A stretch of DNA of 64,000 nucleotides from an uncultured virus (IMG/VR IMGVR_UViG_3300012274_000057) (Duplodnaviria > Heunggongvirae > Uroviricota > Caudoviricetes). Positions 57,009 through 64,000 of this stretch are shown in pieces. A model generated the notes under the pieces. That model saw only the letters and a program-made list of their open reading frames with translations. It was not told where the DNA came from and searched no databases. Where the stretch lies: positions 124,001 to 188,000 of IMG/VR virus record IMGVR_UViG_3300012274_000057; one strand, given 5' to 3'. Made by a program: the position numbers and the translations under genes. Every line of letters starts with the position of its first letter. The first letter of the stretch is position 1.

Positions 57009-59339
57009 ATGGCTAAAAATGATATGGAGCAAAAAATAAAAGAATACGCTGAACAGATAAAAACATTAGAAGATTTTGTTGCAGCAGTAAGAAAGATGCC
57101 TGGAATGTATATAGGCATGATAGGTAACAGAGGATTTTTAAACATGATACGAGAAATCTTTCAAAACTCAATTGATGAGTTGATTAAGAAGGATTCTCCT
57201 TGTGATTATATTATGTTAACATATGATGAAAGAAGTCATATAACAACAGTAGAGGATAACGGTAGAGGCATTCCTTTTGGATTAATGGAGAGAATATATG
57301 CATCTCAGCATACATCTTCAAATTACGAAAAGAAACCAGGAGAGTATTCGAGTGGACTCCACGGTGTAGGTGCAAAAGTTACAAATGCATTAGCTGAATT
57401 TTTCTATGTAGAATCTTTTATATTAGGAGATGCAAGAAGAATAGAATTCCATGATGGAAAACCATGGAAAAAGGGAGAAATAAAAATTCCCAATAAAGGA
57501 AATAAACAAGGAACTATAGTAACATTTAAACCAACATACGATGTTATGGGCGAACTTACATTATCTGTTCAACAAGTATTTAACTTAGTTAGAATGGTTA
57601 TGTTCTTAACTCCTATAGGATCAAAATGTCTATTCAAAGGTATATTGGCAGATGGCTCAATATTCCAAGAAGAGATAGTAAACCAAGACGGTATAATAAC
57701 AGACTTAATATTAAAGACTGTAGCTCCGTTAGTTAAACCAATATGTATATCAGATGATACAGGATTTATGAAGGCAGATATAGCTTTCACTTATGACTCC
57801 AACGATCTTGATGTAGAACAAATTACTTCATTCAGTAACTGCTGCCCGACTACAAGTGGTACACATGTTATTGGATTTATAGATGGATTATGTAAATTCT
57901 TTAGAGAACACATGAACAAAATATACTTAGCAGGAAATAAGAAACAACTTACGGTAGTTAATAATGATATAAAAACAGGATTAAAAGCTATTGTTTCAGT
58001 TGCACATTTAACTCCTATATTCGAAGGACAAGCTAAAGACGTTTTAGGAAATGAAGATATGATACCATTTGTCAGAGATACAGTTTATAACTCTCTAGAT
58101 AAATGGTCTAAAGAAAATGCATCCGATCTACAAAAAGTTTGTAAATACCTCAAAGAAGTTGCAGAGATCAGAGTGAATATGGATAAAGAGAAAGACAAAA
58201 TTGTTAACAAATTTGCCACTTCTAGTTTATCTAAAGGTTTACCTCGTAAGTATATAAGACCAAATGATATGAGAGCAGATGATCTTGAATTTATAGTAGT
58301 TGAAGGAGATTCTGCTGGTGGTTCGGCTAGGAATAATAGGTGTAAAAGAAATCAAGGTATATTCCCAATTAGAGGTAAAATGCCTAATGCATTTACAACA
58401 GAAAGAGCTAAGTTTCTTAGCAATGAAGAAGTTCAAGGAATAATTGCTATTTTAGGTGCAGGTTATGGTAGAAAATTTGATATAACCAAATGTAAATATA
58501 AGAAAATAATATTTATGGCAGATGCAGATCCAGATGGAAAACACATAAGAACTCTATTATTAAGATTTTTCTTATTATACTTTAGACCATTAGTAGAAGC
58601 AGGAAGGGTGTATGCATCAATACCACCTCTTTATGGATTAGACCTTGGTAAGAAAAAGAAAGAATATTTTACTGATAGAATAGATTATGTTGCATATATT
58701 CAAAAACAATTTTCTAAAGTTAATGAAATAACTACAGTAAGAGATGGCTCAATGACTCAAAAGGAAATTGTAAAAATATTATATAACAATATTGATTATA
58801 CGTATCAATTAGAAAAGGTTGCTAATACTTATGCAATAGACCCATATTTATTAGAGGACATAATCATTAATAGAAATTTACCAAGTGACAAATTATATAA
58901 AATACTTCATAAAAAATATAGATTTATTGAGGATATCGAAAATAAAAATAATACTATAATCATTAAAGGATTAGTAAATAATAAATATCAGACATTATTT
59001 TTAAATGATAAAATTACATCTAATATACAAGAAGTATTAAATATATTAGATATTAATGATAGTTTTCAATATAAAGTAAATGGGGAATTATGTTCTATTT
59101 ATACTCTTATGAAAAAATTTGAATCAAGTTCTCCAGCATCTATAACAAGATATAAGGGATTAGGAGAAATGAACGGTAAGGTATTAGCTGATACTACTAT
59201 ATTACCTGATAATAGAACTTTAATTCAATATACACCTGAATCTATAGAAGAGGAAATTAATTCTATTAGATATTTTGAATCTAATTTAAAAGAGTTAATA
59301 AAGGGTACTAAAGCTACAAGATTCGATTTAATGGGTTAA
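57009..59339 (+). CDS. gyrB: DNA gyrase / type IIA topoisomerase subunit B
   Basis: VRKMPGMYIG, EIFQNSIDE, DNGRGIP, GLHGVG, VEGDSAGGS, PIRGK, DADPDG, RYKGLGEM; start ATG 57009 after AGGAGG. Confidence 0.93.
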   Translation: MAKNDMEQKIKEYAEQIKTLEDFVAAVRKMPGMYIGMIGNRGFLNMIREIFQNSIDELIKKDSPCDYIMLTYDERSHITTVEDNGRGIPFGLMERIYASQHTSSNYEKKPGEYSSGLHGVGAKVTNALAEFFYVESFILGDARRIEFHDGKPWKKGEIKIPNKGNKQGTIVTFKPTYDVMGELTLSVQQVFNLVRMVMFLTPIGSKCLFKGILADGSIFQEEIVNQDGIITDLILKTVAPLVKPICISDDTGFMKADIAFTYDSNDLDVEQITSFSNCCPTTSGTHVIGFIDGLCKFFREHMNKIYLAGNKKQLTVVNNDIKTGLKAIVSVAHLTPIFEGQAKDVLGNEDMIPFVRDTVYNSLDKWSKENASDLQKVCKYLKEVAEIRVNMDKEKDKIVNKFATSSLSKGLPRKYIRPNDMRADDLEFIVVEGDSAGGSARNNRCKRNQGIFPIRGKMPNAFTTERAKFLSNEEVQGIIAILGAGYGRKFDITKCKYKKIIFMADADPDGKHIRTLLLRFFLLYFRPLVEAGRVYASIPPLYGLDLGKKKKEYFTDRIDYVAYIQKQFSKVNEITTVRDGSMTQKEIVKILYNNIDYTYQLEKVANTYAIDPYLLEDIIINRNLPSDKLYKILHKKYRFIEDIENKNNTIIIKGLVNNKYQTLFLNDKITSNIQEVLNILDINDSFQYKVNGELCSIYTLMKKFESSSPASITRYKGLGEMNGKVLADTTILPDNRTLIQYTPESIEEEINSIRYFESNLKELIKGTKATRFDLMG

Positions 59340-59392
59340 TCCCATTAATCGAATACTTTGTATATAACGTATAATTAGGAAGGTGATTTAAT

Positions 59393-61750
59393 ATGGCAGA
59401 AACTATAATTAAAAAGAATATATTAGAACAATACAAGGATGACTTAAGAGGATATGCTTTATATGCTAATAGAATGAGGGTAGCCCCAAATATTAAGGAT
59501 GGGCTTAAACCAGTTCATAGAAGAATATTACAAGCAGGATATTTTGATGAAAAAGCTACATCTCGTTTTGTAAAATCTGCAGCCTTTACAGGAACTATTA
59601 TGAGAAAGTATCATCCACATGGAGATGCTGGGGTTTATGATGCAATGAAGGGTATGCTAAATTGGTTTGAAATAAATATACCTTTATTAGATGGGGATAG
59701 TAACTGGGGAAACTTTCAAGGTGCTAAACAAGCGGCTGCTAGATATACCGAAGCAAAGATATCTGATTTTACTAAAAAATATGTAATTAAAGAAGCAGAT
59801 GAAGTTAGAGCGGTTGTAGACTGGATAGAAACTTATGATAATAGAAATCTAGAAATGGAGTATATGCCAATAAAAATACCTCTATTATTAATAAACGGTT
59901 GTTATGGAATAGGCATAGGAATGTCTTGTTCAATACCTCCACACAATGGCAGAGATGTAATAGATGCTACATTACGTTTAATAGATGATCCGAGTACAGA
60001 AGTTATTATTCCACCAGATCAAAATATGAAATGCGATATAATAAAAACAAATTTCAAAAGTATCTGTAACCTTGGTCAAGGAAAATTTGTAGTCAGAGGT
60101 CATATAGATATTATAGATTATAACGGTAAACAAGCTTTATCCATAAAATCTACACCAGATATGGTGTATTCGCAAAAAATAATAGATAAGATAGATGAAT
60201 TATTAGAACAAAAGAAAATAATAGGTATTATTGATCATGCAGAAGAATCAACAGAAGAACAGATGAATCATGTTTTTATATTAAAGAGTGGTACAGATCC
60301 TGAGTATATCAAACAATCAATATACAGTATGACGGATATGCAAAAAACAATTAGTGTAAATTTTGAAGTACTTGAAAATAATAACCCAATAAGAATGTCT
60401 TATAAATCATATCTACTATCATTTATAGAATTTAGGAAGATATGTAAATTTAGATATTATTGTAATAAACTTCAAAGAGTCCAAACTAAATTACATGAAA
60501 AAGAAATTTATATAAATGTAATACAAAGTGGAATGATAGATGAAATAATTAATACTATAAAAAATCTTACTGATGATAATGAGAAAAAATGTATAGAGTA
60601 CTTTGTTAAACTACTTGGTGTTACGGACCTACAGGCTTCATTTATATTACACTCACAAATACTAGATTTATCCGTAGGAAAACTTAATAAATATATAAAT
60701 GAACAAATGGCATTAAAAGTTGAGCAAGATCTATATATGAAAAAAGTATTAAGTGATGAAGAATTATTGAAAGAGATAAAACAAGAACTTTTAGAATTTA
60801 GAGAAGAATATGGGAAACCAAGAAATTGTAGAATTATAGATTCTTCTGAATTAACTGATATACCTGCAGGGGAATTTAAAGTTATATTTACAGATAATAA
60901 CTATATTAAGAAAGTTCCTGCAAATGAAAGTATAGGTAGTTTTAAAGGGGATGCTCCTACCCATGTATTAAAAGTTGATAATAGAGAAAGCGTTCTTATC
61001 TTTGATGAACAAGGTAAAGCATTCAAACTTCCAATACACAAAATTCCTATTAGTGATAGAAAAAGTAATGGTACAGATATAAGATTAGTAGTTAAGAAGT
61101 TAACATCAAATATTTGTACTGTGTTATACGAACCAAAAGTAAAAGAGTTATCTAATAACTTAAGAAAATACTTTGTAACTTTACTTACAGCAGGTGGAAA
61201 TGTTAAGAAACTAGATTTAGAAGATATATTATCCGTACCACCTTCAGGGATAATCTGTATGAAACTAGATCCAGGTGATTATATTAAAAATATATCTTTA
61301 GTAGGAGAAGGAATTGACGTTATTGTTTATTCTAAAAATAAAGCACTTAGAATGGGTATAGATGAAATTCCACATCAAAAAAGAAATACTAAAGGTCAAA
61401 GAGCTATGATAGAAAGTTCTGTTGATGGATTATCCATAATAAAACCAAATACAACAGATATTGTTGTTATAACCGAATCAGGAAAAATAAATAGATTTGA
61501 TGTAATAGCTCTTCCTAAGCTTGGAAGGAATAAAAGTGGTTCTAAGGTTATTAAACTTGGTAAATCTGATTCTATCAAATGTATATATGGAGCTAATATT
61601 AATGATATCCTTAGACTCTACACTAGAGATGAAAAAATAGATATCAATATAGCAGATATTCCATTAGGCAGCTCTATTAGCGGTGGAAATAAAATGATAC
61701 CATTGAAAAATGATAATATAATAAGATGTGAGATTAGAAAGAGAGTATAA
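59393..61750 (+). CDS. gyrA: DNA gyrase subunit A
   Basis: DGLKPVHRRIL, YHPHGD, AAARYTE active-site Tyr; C-terminal beta-pinwheel repeats with QKRNTKG. Confidence 0.92.
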   Translation: MAETIIKKNILEQYKDDLRGYALYANRMRVAPNIKDGLKPVHRRILQAGYFDEKATSRFVKSAAFTGTIMRKYHPHGDAGVYDAMKGMLNWFEINIPLLDGDSNWGNFQGAKQAAARYTEAKISDFTKKYVIKEADEVRAVVDWIETYDNRNLEMEYMPIKIPLLLINGCYGIGIGMSCSIPPHNGRDVIDATLRLIDDPSTEVIIPPDQNMKCDIIKTNFKSICNLGQGKFVVRGHIDIIDYNGKQALSIKSTPDMVYSQKIIDKIDELLEQKKIIGIIDHAEESTEEQMNHVFILKSGTDPEYIKQSIYSMTDMQKTISVNFEVLENNNPIRMSYKSYLLSFIEFRKICKFRYYCNKLQRVQTKLHEKEIYINVIQSGMIDEIINTIKNLTDDNEKKCIEYFVKLLGVTDLQASFILHSQILDLSVGKLNKYINEQMALKVEQDLYMKKVLSDEELLKEIKQELLEFREEYGKPRNCRIIDSSELTDIPAGEFKVIFTDNNYIKKVPANESIGSFKGDAPTHVLKVDNRESVLIFDEQGKAFKLPIHKIPISDRKSNGTDIRLVVKKLTSNICTVLYEPKVKELSNNLRKYFVTLLTAGGNVKKLDLEDILSVPPSGIICMKLDPGDYIKNISLVGEGIDVIVYSKNKALRMGIDEIPHQKRNTKGQRAMIESSVDGLSIIKPNTTDIVVITESGKINRFDVIALPKLGRNKSGSKVIKLGKSDSIKCIYGANINDILRLYTRDEKIDINIADIPLGSSISGGNKMIPLKNDNIIRCEIRKRV

Positions 61751-61778
61751 CTCTCTTTCTTTTTTTAGGAGGGTTTTT

Positions 61779-62030
61779 ATGGATAATATTGAGAAAATGC
61801 AATATGAAAACTTACGAAAATGTTTTAGCAACAATATAATAGATCCTATTCTAGGAAAAAATTATTATAATTTAGCATTAGACGTTTATGAATGCGACAG
61901 AATGACTAGTGAAGATGTAAGGGATAAATTTATTGAACTTCATAAGAAATCAATTTTCTATAAGAATTTAGCAATTATAAATTCTGTTATTGGTATTATG
62001 ACATTTATATTATTAATAATTTTTAAATAA
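61779..62030 (+). CDS. small protein with C-terminal TM helix; paralog of 4495-4737
   Basis: AGGAGG RBS before ATG 61779; motifs shared with 4495-4737. Confidence 0.65.
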   Translation: MDNIEKMQYENLRKCFSNNIIDPILGKNYYNLALDVYECDRMTSEDVRDKFIELHKKSIFYKNLAIINSVIGIMTFILLIIFK

Positions 62031-62053
62031 AAAAGTATTAAGGGGGATAAGAC

Positions 62054-62236
62054 ATGGTAGAAGAAAAAATTGAGAAGCGTAAACCACATATTAATATTGG
62101 AACAATAGGACACGTAGACCACGGTGGAACAACATTAACAGCAGCTATAGCATCGGTATTAGCAAATAATGGATATACAAAAGCATTCAGCGATGTCGAT
62201 ATAAATAAGGCATCAAAGCATAATGAATATAAATAA
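62054..62236 (+). CDS. EF-Tu N-terminal fragment-like miniprotein (60 aa)
   Basis: [23 protein letters not shown] matches EF-Tu [23 protein letters not shown]; has its own RBS and stop. Confidence 0.8.
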   Translation: MVEEKIEKRKPHINIGTIGHVDHGGTTLTAAIASVLANNGYTKAFSDVDINKASKHNEYK

Positions 62237-62250
62237 AGGGGTGGATTAAT

Positions 62251-62766
62251 ATGAAAAAAATTAATACATTAATAATATCAGCATTTCCAGGTTGCGGTAA
62301 AACATACGCATTTAAAAATTATAAATTTCAAAATGGTGTATTAGACAGTGATTCTAGTGAATTTAGTTGGGTTAAGGATGAAAATGGAAATAATACAAAA
62401 GAAAGGAATCCAGAATTTCCGACTAATTATATTAGACATATACAAGATAATATAGGTAAGGTAGATGTAATATTTGTATCTAGTCACGAAGTTGTTAGAG
62501 ATGCTTTAAAAAATGCAAATATAAATTATGCATTAATTTATCCTATAAATACTGAAGAAGTTAAAGCAGACTTCTTAGACAGATATAAAAAAAGAGGAAA
62601 TGCAGAACCTTTTATAGAATTCATAGATAAAAATTGGGATCACTTTATCGATCAAATGAATAATGATAATTTTCCAATAAAAATTGCAATTAAAAAGGAT
62701 GTTTATATTAATGAGAATATATTACGATATATATTTAAAATTTATAGAAATAAATTAATAAATTAG
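62251..62766 (+). CDS. P-loop kinase-like protein
   Basis: IISAFPGCGKT, DSDSS, FPTNYI. Confidence 0.7.
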   Translation: MKKINTLIISAFPGCGKTYAFKNYKFQNGVLDSDSSEFSWVKDENGNNTKERNPEFPTNYIRHIQDNIGKVDVIFVSSHEVVRDALKNANINYALIYPINTEEVKADFLDRYKKRGNAEPFIEFIDKNWDHFIDQMNNDNFPIKIAIKKDVYINENILRYIFKIYRNKLIN

Positions 62767-62900
62767 GATATAGAATAAGAGAAGTGGAAGTCCACTTCTC
62801 TTATGTCTAGTATATTTTGATTATAATTTAATTTTTATATGCATTAAGGGGACATATAAATTATATTTATGTTATTCGTGTAAAAGCATACTTTTTTGAT

Positions 62901-62911
62901 AATATATTATA
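62901..62911 (+). promoter_or_regulatory. early-type promoter motif (AATATATTATA)
   Basis: one-mismatch copy upstream of 62945. Confidence 0.55.
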
Positions 62912-62944
62912 GATATAATAAGAAATATAGAGGAGATAATTATT

Positions 62945-63886
62945 ATGAAAAAATTATTTAATAAGTTTGTAGATGACAGACTGAAAGAACAAAAAGAGGA
63001 AATAAAAAAAGAACCAACGAAAAAAGATATAATAATAGAATATTTTATATCACCTGCTATTTTTATAGTAATTTCTATTATTATTATTATATTAATAAAC
63101 ACAGGCTCTATGAAACAAATATTAGTTGGAACACAAAGTTTTATATTTCAAAATAGAACCGAATCAGTACAAGAAACAATGTTATCTGAAAACTCTGCAA
63201 TAACTAATAAGCAAATTGTAGAAGAAGCTGTAAACAATCCTAAATGGCAAACTACAATATCTATGCATGATTGGAATTTAAAATTAGTAACAAAAGTTAC
63301 AGGACAGATAGCTATAGATGATAAAATATCAAATATCGAAATACAATTTGATCAAAATAAACAAATGGCTATGTATTTAATAGATGGTAAAGGACAAATT
63401 GGAATTGACAATTTTATGAAAACCATAGGTTCGGAAAAATTATTAGGATTATTAGTCAACACCTTGGGCAATGCTTCCGATACTAATGGGAAAAACGCAT
63501 CTACTCAACAAATGACTGTTAATACGACAATGCAAAATAATTCGCAGAAAATGTCCCCATCTAAAGATGATTTAATAAGTCTTGTATCTGATTCATATTT
63601 TTATGATAATTGTTCAGGAACAATACAAGAAAATATGCAGGCTGTTTCTCAAGCCAGTTTAAACTGGGATGCAGGATTATTAGATAATGGACAATATTAT
63701 GTATCTATAGTAGGAACCGTAATAGATGAGCCTAATAGTACTTGGCAAATAAATTTTTGTATAGATAATTACGAAAATGGTTCATTCTATATAGATATGA
63801 TGTTGGGGTATTCTAATGGTAGTTGTGTTTCACAAATTTCAGATATAAATGAATTGGAGAACATTATATCTAAATATGCTTGGTAA
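62945..63886 (+). CDS. membrane-anchored protein with large soluble domain
   Basis: single strong TM helix near the N-terminus; S/T/Q/N linker; GAGGAG RBS. Confidence 0.65.
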   Translation: MKKLFNKFVDDRLKEQKEEIKKEPTKKDIIIEYFISPAIFIVISIIIIILINTGSMKQILVGTQSFIFQNRTESVQETMLSENSAITNKQIVEEAVNNPKWQTTISMHDWNLKLVTKVTGQIAIDDKISNIEIQFDQNKQMAMYLIDGKGQIGIDNFMKTIGSEKLLGLLVNTLGNASDTNGKNASTQQMTVNTTMQNNSQKMSPSKDDLISLVSDSYFYDNCSGTIQENMQAVSQASLNWDAGLLDNGQYYVSIVGTVIDEPNSTWQINFCIDNYENGSFYIDMMLGYSNGSCVSQISDINELENIISKYAW

Positions 63887-63944
63887 AAAAGAAAAGGGTA
63901 TTAGAAATATACCCTTTTTTCTTTTTTATAAATTTACATATGAT

Positions 63945-63955
63945 TATATATTATA
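63945..63955 (+). promoter_or_regulatory. early-type promoter motif TATATATTATA
   Basis: exact motif after a terminator; RBS and ATG at the window end (63998). Confidence 0.7.
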
Positions 63956-64000
63956 AACATGAATAATAATAAATATATAATCAAGGGGGATACAATAATG

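Noticed and set aside
62054..62236. Functional tuf gene
   Set aside because: Only 60 aa, the P-loop Lys is missing, and the downstream DNA encodes an unrelated P-loop protein.
1..64000. tRNA/rRNA genes, integrase or transposase, alternative genetic code
   Set aside because: None recognised by eye; conserved genes are full-length in the standard code. A tRNAscan/Infernal run would be needed to exclude small RNAs.

Overview
A very AT-rich, gene-dense 64 kb segment of a jumbo bacteriophage genome, read in the standard bacterial code with GGAGG-type ribosome binding sites (RBS). The host is probably a Firmicute; this is an inference. The gene set resembles AR9/PBS1/phiKZ-type phages: two separately encoded beta'-like subunits of a multisubunit RNA polymerase (1000-2247; 14336-15898 with the DFDGD catalytic motif), a free-standing HNH endonuclease, DnaB-like and RecD/Dda-like helicases, SbcD-like and PD-(D/E)XK nucleases, a DHH phosphoesterase, and gyrB/gyrA. 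A minus-strand late/tail block spans about 23.5-41.3 kb, and there are many small accessory ORFs, including a family of Tyr/Asp-rich repeat proteins. Two phage promoter motifs recur upstream of genes: TATATATTATA (13 copies, early type) and AACA-N6-TA (about 19 copies). The second equals the AR9 late consensus and hints at uracil-containing DNA. The most striking feature lies inside the tail-fibre block: three radical SAM genes and two very Cys-rich repeat proteins (about 14 CxCVxRT repeats; a Cxxx repeat fused to a probable virion domain). They sit in late-motif transcription units with no recognisable peptidase or exporter nearby, suggesting a phage-encoded RiPP-like system that modifies virion proteins. 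Other oddities: a 60-aa EF-Tu N-terminal minigene lacking the P-loop Lys, a PMVxF terminal motif shared by replication-region proteins, a Zn-finger protein with a prion-like tail, and three single-base homopolymer frameshifts. All calls come from reading motifs by eye; no searches were run.
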